Assembly (NCBI GenBank): GCA_009914755.4
Contig: CP086569.2
Location: forward strand, 6,240,001-6,304,000
Direction: 5' to 3'
Source: the human T2T-CHM13v2.0 reference genome, Homo sapiens
DNA: 64,000 nt
This document shows positions 38,061 to 50,469 of this stretch, piece after piece. The stretch's first letter is position 1. Each line of letters opens with the position of its first letter. A program made the position numbers and the translations under genes. The notes below the pieces were generated by a model. That model was not told where the DNA came from. It did no database searches and saw nothing but the letters and a program-made list of their open reading frames with translations.

Positions 38061-38856
38061 AGTGAAGTAAGGCAGATGAGCCAAAAAATTGGGGATTAGA
38101 ATGGAAACTTTCTTGGCTTCACTTTAAAGAAGAATTCAAGTGTGAGCCAGTGGTAATTAAAAGAGCTTTATTGAGGTGGCAGTGTTACAGCTCCATGACT
38201 ACTCCTGCAGAGCAAATCTACCCCACAGGCAGTGGAATGAGAGTAGCAGCTCAGGGGCAGCTCTGCAGTCATATTTATAACCAACTTTTAATTACATGCA
38301 AATGAAGGGGTGGGTTATTCCGAATTTTCTATAAAAAGGTTGGTAATTTCAAGGTCATTCCCATGGAATGGAGATGTAACTTCCGGGTGTTGCCATGGCA
38401 ATGGCAAATTGACATGGCACTGGTGGGCAAGTCTTATGAAGACGTGCTTTGGGTGCCTCTTCCCTGTTTCAGCCAGTCTTCAGTCTGATCCAGAGTAAAA
38501 TCCTGCCTCCTACCTCATTCCTCACTCAGAGATTAGATACTTATTTTTAAATTCAAGGGGTTCACAAAAGGATGGAGATCTGTCTTCTATAACTGCTTCC
38601 TGCTGAGTTCATGGGTGTAGGCTCTTTCCGGCACTGAAGGAGTAAAAATTTTTGAATAAAAAAAATCCAGATCCAGAGATAAGAACTACATCACATACAA
38701 GGGAGTCCTGACATACTATCAATGGATTTCTTAACAGAAACCCTGAAGGAAAGAATGGTATGAAATATTCAAAGTTTTGAAAGAAATAATATAAAAACCA
38801 GCAATAAAGAATACTTTAGTTACTTTAATTGGAAAAACTGTTCTAACATGCAGCAG

Positions 38857-38891
38857 GTTTGTTTTTGTTTGTTTGTTTGTTTGTTTGTTTT
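38857..38891. repeat. (GTTT)n microsatellite
   Basis: gtttgtttttgtttgtttgtttgtttgtttgttttt. Confidence 0.9.
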
Positions 38892-38892
38892 T

Positions 38893-41800
38893 AAGATGGC
38901 TGATTAGGGATGTCAGATTCCAGATCTCCTCAGAAAGATCAAAATTACAAATGAGTGGCCATGATTTGAATGGAAAGCTGAAGAAAGAAGGCCTGGATCT
39001 CTTTGAGAGCCCAGGGGAAACAGCTGGTGTGCCTAAAAGGCAAACAGCAAATATATTAAGTATATTGCAAAAACTAATCCCCCAAAGAACTCGGAGCTCC
39101 ATGAAAAGGACAGGTTCGAGTGCTTCTGTACTTTCCTCATGCCTGCAACAATCTGCTGACCACTAAATTGTTGGGGAGGCCTTCTGTCTTAGTTACCCTG
39201 GGCAATGCTTTTGGTGGCTGTTTGGGAAATTGCCAGGGACAGAGCACTGTGCGGTCAGTTCACACAGATGCACCCACATTCTTCTCAGGGCTGAACCGAG
39301 ATGGTCGGAGACATACTGTTTGTGTACCCAATGTGAGCCACTGCTTTGTCTAGGGAAACTCAGCTCTTATATCATTGCATCACCAGATATCCTGCAAACA
39401 TACCCCAAAACTTGCTCTGACTTTGGCAATGAGAGGAGACTGCCGAGTTTCTGCGAAGCTGCATAATCCCTGAAGATCTAGCCTTCAGCAGGGGCCACCC
39501 CTATGGAACAGGGAGAACACAGACCATCAAAGCCACCTTGGGACAAAGGAAATGTAAACAAAGCACCAATCACTGAGGGTGGTAGCACCAGTGACTGGGA
39601 ACAGACGTGGAGAAGGGGTAATCTTGTGCTGCCCCATCGACTGTCACAGACACAGTAGAGGCTCTCACACTGGGATTTGGTGTGAGTCTACTTGGAGACA
39701 ACCTTCCCATTGCTTTATACAGTGGTTTCACTCCCATTGCAAGTAAGACCATACTGAATGGGCATGCACAAAATATGAGGCCCATCTTCCCCTTTTACAC
39801 AGAGCAATAAAATCCTGGCAACAGCAGGCAGACAAGTCACAGAGCTTTCTGTGCTGGACTGAGGGATGTATCTCTGCCTCGAGCTTGTTTTGATGGTAGC
39901 TGCCAGAGGGGAAATAATACAGACTCACACTTCAGTTAGGAGCCAAAGAACAGTATCCATATGAATTGAAGGTCATGAGCCCTGTTATGGGGCATCATAA
40001 GGAAGAAGATTGTATTTCTGCCTGCCCAGGATGAGAAGCTGGTGCAGCCTTTACCCCCTTATTCCTATCCTGGATGCTTCAGTGCATTCCAACATGATCT
40101 CCCCCTCAGTGCTCCCCAAGAAAGTAGATGCCTATATTTATTATCAAGCTACCAGAGAGTGAGCTGGCTCTTACTCTAAAGCACCATTTACTCTACTGGA
40201 GAGTAAACTTCACTACCAAATACAAAACTTACTACTAAAAAGGCATAGTGCCAGTGTATGATATAAGCTTCCTGAGATTTCTGCATTCTCGGACCCACAG
40301 GAGATAGTCAGATCATATGTTCAGTACATTGGTACAACAAGATGCATTTGGGAAAATTATTGCAAAAGAGCTATCCACAACTAAGGAACCCATACAAAAC
40401 CTGTGCACCTTGAAAACATCCAGAAATAAAACCAAATGATTTTACACAAGATACACCACAGTAACAACCTCAAGGGAAAAAAAGAATAAATAATAAAGAA
40501 GTCCCATCCAAATGATAGCAAACACAAAACTGAGAAGTGACACTGCTTCAGAGGAGGAAAAAAATCATTGCAAGAACTCTGGCAGTACAAAAAGACAGAT
40601 TGTTTCAACATCTCCAGCAGAATGGACTCGCTATCTCAGTATAGATCCTAAACAAAATGAAAATTCTGAAATGAGAAATAAGGAATTCAAAATATGGATT
40701 ATAATGAAGCTCAAAGAGATGAAATAGAACATTAAAAACAAACAAAAAAAACCAGAGAAATGATTCAGGATAGGGAAGATGAGATAGCTATGTTAAAAAT
40801 ATAGAATTTTTGGAATTAAAAAATAAAAGAAAATTCAAATAGAATTGAAACCTTCAAAAGTTGACTAGATCAAACAGAAGAATTCCAGAATTTGAAAACT
40901 GGTCTTTCAAATTAATCCAATCAGAAAATATTTTTTAAATAATTTTTAAAAATCAACAAAGCCTTTGAGAAATATGAGATGAGGAAATGTGACCAAACCT
41001 ATGATTTATATGCATTCTTGAGAGAGAAGAACAAAAAGTAAGCAATTTGGAAAACATATTTGTGGCAATAATTCAGGAACATTACCCTAATATTGCTAGA
41101 GAGATAAACATCCAGATACAAAAAATTCAGAGAATGACTGCAAGATACTACACAAGATGAACATCACCAAGACATGTAGTCATCCAGACTATCCCAGGTC
41201 AAACGTACTGAAAAAAATCATAAAGCAGATAGAGAAAGGGGGACAAATCCCATGCAAAGATAATCCCATCAGACTGTCAACAGACTGCTCCACAGAAAAC
41301 AGAAGAGAATGTTGCTCTATTTTGAGCCTTCTAAAAGAAACAGAAATGCCATCCAAAATTTTCATATCCTGCCAAACAAAGCTTCATAAATAAAGCAGAA
41401 AAATGTATTTCCTATACAAGGAAACACGAAGATAATTTGTCATCATGCCACCACTAGATTGTACATACAAAGAAATGCTCAAATGAGTTCTCAGCATGGA
41501 AATAAAAAAGATCATACTTCTATCAAAATGCACATGTAAATATAAACTTCACAGATCCTATAAAGTAATTATACAATTGAGACTACAGCAACTAGCTAAC
41601 AACAGTATAACAGGAACAAAACCTCACATATCAATATTATCCTTTAATGTAAATAGCTTAAATGTTCCACTAAAAGGTATAGAATGGCAAATTGGATTTA
41701 AAAAATAAAACACAAGACCAAACCATATGTTGCTTTTAAGAGATCTACTTAAAGTGTCATGACATCCATAGGCTCACAGTAAATGAGTGAAGAAATATAT

Positions 41801-44800
41801 TTCACATACGTGGAAAACAAAACAGAGCAAGGTTGCTATTCTTGTATCACACCACATAAGCCAGACTTTAAACAAACAACAGTAAAGACAGACAAAAAAG
41901 GCACTGTGTAATGACATAGGGTTCAATTCAACAAGAAGGTTTATCTATTCTAAATATATATGCACCCAACACCAAAGAAGCCAGATTTATAAAACAAATG
42001 CTAATATGACTAAGAAAAGAGATAGACATTCATAAAATAATAGACGGGAGTTCAATACTTCATTGACAGCAGTAGAAAAATATTTGATGCAGACTCTGGT
42101 CTTAAACTGTACTCTTGACCAATTGAAACTAATAGATAAATCAGAATATTTCATCCAACAATGGCACGATATACATTTTTCTATTCTGTGCATGAAATAT
42201 AGTCAATTTATGGATTTCATGCACAGATGAAAATTCACAGATTAATTCCCCAAAACTAATCATATACTTGTTCATAAAGCAAGTTTCAATATACTTTTAA
42301 AAATCTATCACTATATCAGATCAAGTATATTCTCAGACCACAGTGGAATAAATCTAGGAATCTATACCAAGAGGAGTCCTCAAAGCCATACAAGAACAAG
42401 GAAAATAAACAACTTGCTTTTGAATGACTTTGTGTAAACAATAAAATTCAGGCAAAAATTAAAATTTTTTGAAACAAATGAAAATATAGACACTGCACAC
42501 CAAAACTTCTCAGATGCAGCAAAAGTAGTATTAAAAGGAAAGTTTCTAAAACTAAATGTTTATTTCAAAAAGATAAAAGATTTCAAGTGACAACCTAATA
42601 TCACACTTCAAAGCACTGGAACAACAGAAACAATTCAAACCCAAGGACAGTCGAAGAAAAAAATAACAAAAATCATAGTAGAACTAAATGAAATTAAGGC
42701 CAAATAAATAATACAAAGGATCAACAAAATGACAAGTTTGTTTTTTTGAAAGTAAAAATTGATAGACAGCTAGCTAGATTAAGAAAAGCAATTCAAATAA
42801 GCACAATTAGAAATGATAAAGGTTATATTACAACTGATACCACAGCAATACAAAAGACCATCAAAGATTACTGTGAACATCTCTACATGCACAAACTAGA
42901 GAGCATAAAGAAAATGGAAAAATTCCTGGAAACATGCAAACTTCCAAGATTGAACCAGGAAGAAATAGATTAGACATAGATTTCTATTTCTTCCTGGTTC
43001 AATCTTGGAAGTTTGCATGTTTCCAGGAATTTTCTATGCCAATAATGAGTTATGAAATTGAATCAGTGATAAAACATCTACCAACCAAAGCCCAGGATCA
43101 TATGGATTTAGAGCTAAATTCTACCAGGAGTACAACAAAATCTGGTACGAATGTTACTAAAACTACTACAAAAAATAAAGGAGTAGACATGCCTCCCTAA
43201 CTCATTCTATGAAACCAGTATTATTCTGACACCAAAATCTAGCAAGAATGCAACACAAAAGTAAACTTTAGGTCAATATTCTTGATAAACATAGACACAA
43301 AATTCACAACCAAATACTGGTAAACAGTATCTACCAGCAAGCCAAAAACATAATTTATCATCATCAAGTGGGGTTTATCCCAGAAATGCAAGGATGGTTC
43401 AACATATGAAAATGTGTTATTTACAACATATTCAGAAATAACAACAAAAAGCACATGATCATCTCAATAGTTGCAGATAAAATTCAGCATCCCTTTATGA
43501 TAAAAACCCTCAACAACGTAGGCATCAAACAAATATATTTCAAATTAGTAACAGCCATGTATGACAACCCACAGCCAACATCATACTTAATGAGGAAAAA
43601 TTGAAAGCATTCCTCCTAAGAACTAGTATAAGACAGGGATGTCCACTCTCATCACTTTTCTTCAACATAGTACTGAAAGCCCTACCCAGAGAAACTAGGG
43701 AGGAAAAAAAAAACATCCAAGTTGGAAAAGAGAAAATCAAATTATCTCTGTTTGCTGATCAGATGATCTTATATCTGGAAAATCTGAAGATTGCTCCAGA
43801 AGACTTTCACATCTGATAAACAACTTCAACAAAGTTTTAGGATACAAAATTAATGCACAAATACTAGTTGCATTTCTATACACCAACAATGCTCAATTTA
43901 AGAGCCAAATCAATAAATCAATCTTAGTTAAAATAGCCACAAAAATATCTATGAATACCTTTAACCAGGAAGGTGAAAGACCTATATAAGGAAAACTACA
44001 ATACACTGATGAAATAAATTGTAGACAACACAAATGAAAGAACATGCTATGCCCATGGATAGAATCAATATGATTAAAATGAATATACACCCCAAAGCAT
44101 TCTACAGATTCAATACAATTCTTATGAAAATACCAACATCGTTTTTCACAGAGTTAGACAAAACAATTCTAAAATTCATATGGAAACAAAGAAGAGCCCA
44201 AGATAGCCAAAGCAATCGTAAGCAATAAGAACAAAGTTGGAAACATCACATTGTCTGACTGCAAACTATGCTACAAGGAGATAGTAACCCAAACAGCACT
44301 GCACAGGGACAAAAATAGACACATAAATCAATAGAATAGAAAAAGAAACCAGAAATAAAGCCACATACCTACAACTAACTGATTCTTGACAAAGTAAACA
44401 CAAGTAAACATTGGGGAAAGGACATCCTATTCAATAAATGCTTCAGGAAGAACAGGCTAGCTAAATGTTGAATAATGCAACTGGACCATTATCTCCCACT
44501 GCATAGAAAAATTAACTCAAGATGGAGTAAAAGTTTACATTTTAGACTGGATTATCAAAAAGTTCTGGAAGAAAACCTAGGAAAATGTCTTTTGGACATT
44601 GGCCTAGGTAAAGAATTTATGGCTAAGGCATCAAAGGCCAGTGCAACAAAAACAAAAATATACAAGTTAAAATTAAATAAAAGGGCTTCTGCACAACAAA
44701 AGACACTAACAACAGACTAAATTGATAACCTACAGCGTGGAAGAAAATATTTGCAAACTGAGTCTGATAAATGACTAATACTCATAATCTAAAAGGAATT

Positions 44801-45490
44801 TAAACAAATCAACACTAAGAAACCAATAACCTCATCAAATAGTGAGCAAGGAGATGAACAGACACTTCTCAAAGAAGACATATAATGAGTCAACAAATAT
44901 ATGAAAAAAGACTCAATATTACAAATCATCATATACATGCAAATTAACACCACAATGAAATCCATCTCATAAGAGTTGGAATGGCTATTATTAAATACTC
45001 AAAAAATAAAAGATGTTGGTGAGGATGTAGAGAAAAAGGGACACTTATTTACCATTACTTGTACTGTAAATTAGTTCAACCCCTAAGGTAATCAGTATCC
45101 AGATTTCTCAAAGAACTAAAAACAGAACTGCCATTTGACCCAGCAACCCCACTGCTGCTTCTCTCTCCAAAGGAAGAGAAATCATTCTACCAAAAAGACA
45201 CCTGCACTCATATGTTTATGGCAGTCCTATTCACAGTAACAAAGTCATGGAATCAACCTAAGTGTCAGTCCATGGTTGATTGTGCAAAGAAAATGTCGTA
45301 TATATACAGCATGAAATCCCATGCAGCCATAAAAAATAATAATGCCTTTGTAGCAACATGGTTGGAGCGAGAGGCCATTAACCTAAATGAAATAACTCAA
45401 AAACAGAAAAACAAATACTGCATAGTCTCACCTTTAGGAGTTAAGCAGTGGGTACACATGGAACAAATATGGAAATAATAGACACAGAAA
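38893..45490 (+). mobile_element. Ancient near-full-length L1 (L1PB/L1MA-like), 6.6 kb, ORFs decayed
   Basis: 5' terminus aagatggctgattagg..., ORF1-like and ORF2-like translations (e.g. 43601-43816 [30 protein letters not shown]..., 44034-44228 ...[35 protein letters not shown]), 3' end ...gtcatggaatcaacctaagtgtcagtcc...ggaacaaatatggaaataatag. Confidence 0.75.
42921..43031. repeat. Perfect 49-bp inverted repeat (arms 42921-42969 and 42983-43031) with a 13-nt spacer, inside ancient L1 ORF2
   Basis: aattcctggaaacatgcaaacttccaagattgaaccaggaagaaataga | ttagacatagatt | tctatttcttcctggttcaatcttggaagtttgcatgtttccaggaatt. The right arm is the exact reverse complement of the left, with no mismatches. 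Confidence 0.95.
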
Positions 45491-45494
45491 TCCA

Positions 45495-45660
45495 GTATAT
45501 ATATATACACACACATATATAGTTAATAATAATGTATATTTCTATTATTACAATATAATAATATGTACTTTTAATACATAATATGTATTTTAATAATGTA
45601 TTTTAAAATTATATTAACTATATATAGTTAATATTAATGTATATTTAAAAATTGTTAAGA
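45495..45660. repeat. AT-rich low-complexity or simple repeat (TA/TAA-rich)
   Basis: Direct reading; probably the degenerated A-rich tail region of the preceding L1. Confidence 0.8.
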
Positions 45661-45739
45661 GAATGCAATTCAAATTTCTCATTAAAAGTGATAGCAAGTG
45701 ATGTAATAGTAATTTAGCTTTATTTAATCTTCCACGTTG

Positions 45740-45778
45740 TGTGTTTGTGTGTGTGTATGTGTGTGTGTGTACACAGGT
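45740..45778. repeat. (TG)n microsatellite
   Basis: gtgtgtttgtgtgtgtgtatgtgtgtgtgtgtacacaggtgtgg. Confidence 0.9.
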
Positions 45779-45789
45779 GTGGGACCTGT

Positions 45790-47598
45790 GGGACATGGAC
45801 TGGCTTCCTCTCCTTGGGTTAACTGCAGCACATTGGAGGTGTGGATAAAAGACTTAGGGTCTTTGCTCCTTTGTTAGTCTGAGGGTAGAAAGATCAGTTC
45901 CACTCCAGAGGCCGTGGCAGAGAAGTTTTCAGTTGTCCCTGGAGGCTCTGTCCAGGAATTTTCTCGGTTGCTACTGGCTCAGTAGCTCTGGTGGGGGTGG
46001 CTGGAGGCCCAGGCATGGAGGACCTCACCAGTGAGGAGACGTGGGACCAAGCACCCACTTAAGTCTGGTCACTTTTCCATTGGACTGCTGCAGTATGCTG
46101 GGGGCTCACTCCAGTCCCTAGTCACCTTAGATTTTCCAATACCTGGAGGTATCACCAGTGAAGGCTGTGTAACAGCAAAGATGGCAGCCTTCTCCTCCAG
46201 ACCTGTTTTTGGCCTGAACACACCTGTAGAAGGTAGCTAGAGACCACGGTTGGGAGTTCCCACCCAGTGAGGAGGAACAGGATTGGCAGACCTGCTTGAA
46301 AAAGCAGCCTGGTCATGTTTTGGTGGAGCAGCTGTGCTATGCTGGGTATCCACTTCAGCCCCCAGTCACCTCAGACACTCCAAAGCCCAAAGGCCGGAAT
46401 AGCTAAGTCACTCAAACAGCAAAGATGGCAGCTCACCCCTCCTCTGGGAGCCCCATCCCTGGAGAGTTTGAAACCTCTGTCAGCCAGAGAACACTGGCGG
46501 GGATAGCTGGAGATCCGGGTTGGGAGGCCCCACTGATGATGAGAAACAGGATTGGGGAACTGCTTAAAAAAGCAATCTGGTCATGTTTTCATAAGGCAGT
46601 TGTGCTGTGCAGGGGGTCCACTTCAGCCCCTAGTCACCTTGTACTCTCCAAAGGCCAGAATAGCTATGTCACTCAAACGGCACAGATGGCAGGCCATCCC
46701 TCCCTCTGGGAGCTCCATTCCAGGGAGGCTTCAAATCTCTGTCAACTGGAGAACACCAGTGGGGGTGGCTAAAGACCCCAGTTGGAAGTCCTGCACACTG
46801 AAAAGGAATGGGAGAGGGGATCTTCTTAAAAAGGCAGTCTGGTGGTATTTTCATAGAGCAGTTGTGATGTGCTGTAGGATTCCTCCTGTTTCTGGTCAGC
46901 TTAGACTCTCCAAAGACCACAGGGTGGAACGGCTGTCTCCCAAACAGCAAAGATGGTGGCCTACCCCTACCCCCAGGAGCTCCATCCCAGTCGCAATATT
47001 ACTATCAGTGGCTGGCTGAAATTCCAAGCCAGAGTTTTATTCTGTGAGGTGCCTTGGTAGTGGGACCTGCGGACAGTCACTGCTCAGCTCCCTGGATTCA
47101 GCCTCTTTCCTAGGGATATGTACAGGTGGTCTAACCTTTCACTTTGCTGGAATTGCAAGTAATTTTTCTGGGAAGCCCAGAAAGCCTGAGTATCTAAGGC
47201 TCCTGGGTCTCCACATGTGCCTGAGCAGATGCTCAGCAAAGACTCCACATAGCTCTGTGTGTCAGACTGAAGGCCCTGGTGGAGTGGGTTCATGAGGGGA
47301 ATCTCCTGACCCAAGGGTTGCAAAGATCTGTGGAAGAAGCGTGGGTTCCTGCAGTCACACTTTCACTCACCACTTCCTTGGGTGGCGGAGGTTACTTGGC
47401 TCCATGTCACTCCTGGGTAGGCCATCATTCTGCTTTGATTTTCTCCATTTTTCGTGGGTCAAGTTGTTTTCTTGATTAGTCCTTATGCACGCTCCTGGAT
47501 GTTTCAGTTGAAAATGCTGTATTTACTCACCCCTTCCTTTTCTCTCCATGAGAGCCATGCACACTAGCTGCTTCTAGTTGGCCATCTTGGCCACCTCC
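45790..47598 (-). mobile_element. L1 5'UTR-like fragment in antisense orientation (orphan 5' end) containing a tandem array
   Basis: The right edge ...agctgcttctagttggccatcttggccacctcccc is the reverse complement of an L1 5' terminus (ggggaggtggccaagatggccaactag...). No ORF1/ORF2 adjoins it. Confidence 0.4.
46061..47000. repeat. Tandem repeat, ~265-bp unit x ~4 (A 46061-46300, B 46301-46568, C 46569-46829, D 46830-~47000), ~80-85% identity between units
   Basis: Units B and C begin with ctggtcatgttt and share ...ccacttcagccccNagtcacct...ccaaag..cc.gaatagcta.gtcactcaaac.gca.agatggcag...ctctgggagc.ccat.cc.gg.ag...; units A and D are more diverged. Confidence 0.8.
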
Positions 47599-48917
47599 CC
47601 AACAGAGAACATTTTGGACAGGGGTGACAAATATGGATTTGATGATGGAATCTTTTAACCTTGATGCGAAGCTACAAGAAGGCTTCAACACCTTCGGTTT
47701 ACAACAGTATTAGACTGTCTCACTTCCATCATTAATTACAAATTATTAATGAGCACCCTACACAGCACAGGATTGGTCAGTCTGTTCAAAGCTTTGATTG
47801 GACACTCCTCAGTTATAGTCAAGCAGATCCTCAGTATCACAATGCATGTTTTTTTTTTATTGTGGAAGTGCATTAAGAACTTGTGTTTGTACAATCTATA
47901 ATTTACAAGCTATAGGAAACTGGGAGCAGAATGAAAAATGTCTGATTTCAACCATCAATGGCAATATGCTATAAAAATCTCTAGGAAGTGTTAAAACACA
48001 GGATTGACATCTGCTCTGTGACATGAACACTCCATATGAACATTTATAAAGTTAAAATTAACTGTGAGAGTTACTCTGCCAACTAGAATTTACAGGTTCA
48101 CATATAACCTACATACTCAATGATACATATTTGGACATGTTAATTTAGTTTTAATTCACTCCATGTTTGTCTTGAAGATCAAGTGAATTTAGGACAGATA
48201 GTATGATTGCTAAGCAGCAGGAAAATTCACTTTATTTCTTTGGTCATAAATTAACTTGAAACCTTTCAGCTTGAGTTTCTTGTTATTTCTTTGTTTGTTT
48301 GTTTTCTTTTTCCAGACCTGTTATTTTTGTTATAGGTACAGACTAAGTAGAGAGTTAGATTAAGTAGAGTTGAGGGTCTTCCAGGTAACTACAATAGAGA
48401 AATAAAAAGTGTGAGCAACAGAGGAACAAACAGGCAAGTGGAATGTACATACAAGGCAGAGATTGCAATGAAAGAACATGAACTCTAAAGTGGGTAATAA
48501 GGGAAAGTAATACAGGCAGAAAACATTGAAAAGTGAAAAGGTGGTAATGTAAATAAGTTTGATTCCAATAGAGTCAAATAATTGTTGGAAAGTGATGCTA
48601 GAGGCTATGACCTACAAAGATGGGATATTGTGACTGGTGAATGGATTTATTGAAATTGAGATTTTGTAAATGTAATTAATGAAAATAATAATGTCTATGA
48701 TCACAGGTGGAGGTGTCACAGGTGGGACAAAGGAAAAGCTCACCGACACTAATGAAGTCAAGAAACTGAGAGAACAGTTTGAGGGATTTTTTTTATTATT
48801 ATTTTAACATTCCTGACAACTGACAAGAGTGGTGTTGGATATAAATTAAGTCAGACATAAAATTCTGAAGGAAGAAATGTAAATAATTAGCCAGTCTATA
48901 AATAAAAAGAGAGACAG

Positions 48918-49312
48918 TGATACGGTTAGCCCATGTGTCTTCACCCAAATCTCATCTTGAATTGTAATCCCCAGATGTTGAGGAAGGACCCTGGTGGGAG
49001 GTGATTGGATCATGGAGGTGGTTTCTCCCATGCTGTTCTCATGGTAGTGAGTACTCACAAGATCTGATGGCTTTATTAGTGTTTGGCAAGTTCCTCCTTC
49101 ACTCACTCTTCTCTCTTCTGCCGACTTAAGAAGAAGGTGCTTGCTTCCCCTTCCACCATGATTGTAAGTTTCCTGATGCCTCCCCAGCCATGCAGAACTG
49201 TGAATCAATTAAACCCCTTTTCTTTATATATTACCCAGTTTTGGGTAGTATCTTTATAGCAGTGTGAGAACAGACTAATATCTTTACAGCAGTGTGAGAA
49301 CAGACTAATACA
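48918..49312 (+). mobile_element. THE1/MST (MaLR) solo LTR with 30-bp tandem duplication at its 3' end
   Basis: tgatacggttagcccatgtgtcttcacccaaatctcatcttgaattgtaatccccagatgttgaggaaggaccctggtgggaggtgattggatcatgg...ccaccatgattgtaagtttcctgatgcctccccagccatgcagaactgtgaatcaattaaacc...; tctttatagcagtgtgagaacagactaata (49251-49280) is repeated as tctttacagcagtgtgagaacagactaata (49281-49310). Confidence 0.8.
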
Positions 49313-49417
49313 AATGTTATACTAACACCATATATAATATATAGTATAGTATTGCATGCAATTCAAAGGATATTTTTTCTTTTTGTAAATTAGAAGGGAA
49401 GAATAATGGTCCAGAAT

Positions 49418-49446
49418 TGGCAAAAAAAAAAAAAAAAAAAAAAAAA
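49418..49446 (+). repeat. Poly(A) tract, ~29 bp
   Basis: Direct reading. Confidence 0.95.
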
Positions 49447-50469
49447 CTAAGACAATATATTCTCAGGCCCACTAGTTCATAGAATGTGAGATAATAGAAT
49501 CTCTTTCACTCATCTTAGCTCCTGGGGGAAACACTGTCCTCTGGAGACATCCAGAAAATTTAAGAAGGTAAAGGATACATCCAGGAAAACATTGAAACAT
49601 TTTTCCATTAGAGAGCACAGTGAGAGGATTTAAGGCATTTAGAATAGATTGAACATGGGTACATATTATAGTATATACACTGCCATGAGAAGATAAAAAT
49701 CGATCCACTTTATGATAGAGAATTTTGGAGTCTTGGCCCCCTTGTGATCATCAAAGTAAGCAAGGACAAGAGTCATAAAGATAATTTTCTCTATTGTCAT
49801 TTACATGGAGGTGAATAATTATTCTAATTATTAGTATAATTTTAGGGTCTCTCCATGAGTAGGAACTCTCTGAGTTTGCCCATATATTTTCTAATAGGTT
49901 GATGTGATGTTCATCCTAGGGAAAGACTACATTACAAAAAGCAAGTGGATGTCTATGCTAGCTGCCTAAATCATGTTGAAAATGATGTCAATGCTCAGAG
50001 ACAGGCAGTCCTACTAAGACTATAAGAAATTCTGCCAACTGTGAACTTTAAACTCTTTTGAGGTGAATAACTAACCAACAGCCAACAAAATTCTTATCTG
50101 AGAAACAGTGAAAATAAATGTTATATTTAGGAAAAAGACAAGGATGCTTTCTACTATCCCAATTTTAAATATTTGTCAGGAAATTTTACTTAATATATTT
50201 TATATATTTTATAATTTGCAACATTATATAAATTATATATCATATATATATCATGTATGATCATATATATATGATGTTGCTGAAATGGGAAAAGTTCCCT
50301 TGTCCCTCTTGCAGGGTGTGAAATGGGGATGTGGCTTGCTTCTTCAGTGCTCTATTGCTCAAACCTTTAGGGGAGCATACAGATGGGCAGGGAGACCCAT
50401 GGCAGTGTCCAGGGGTGAATGTTTACAGCTGAAGCCCAGTGACCATGTGTTACTGGGTGCTCTTTTAGT

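Noticed and set aside
38893-45490. Ancient 6.6-kb L1 considered as possibly intact or active
   Set aside because: ORF1 and ORF2 are fragmented into many short ORFs (<90 aa each) and the element is highly diverged. It is only a fossil.
46061-47000. Tandem array considered as a possible CRISPR-like or satellite array
   Set aside because: The sequence is eukaryotic (Alu/L1-rich). The units are ~265 bp with no short repeat-spacer alternation. The array sits in an L1 5'-end-like context. ORFs 46425-46772 and 46552-47019 are frame artefacts of the repeat.
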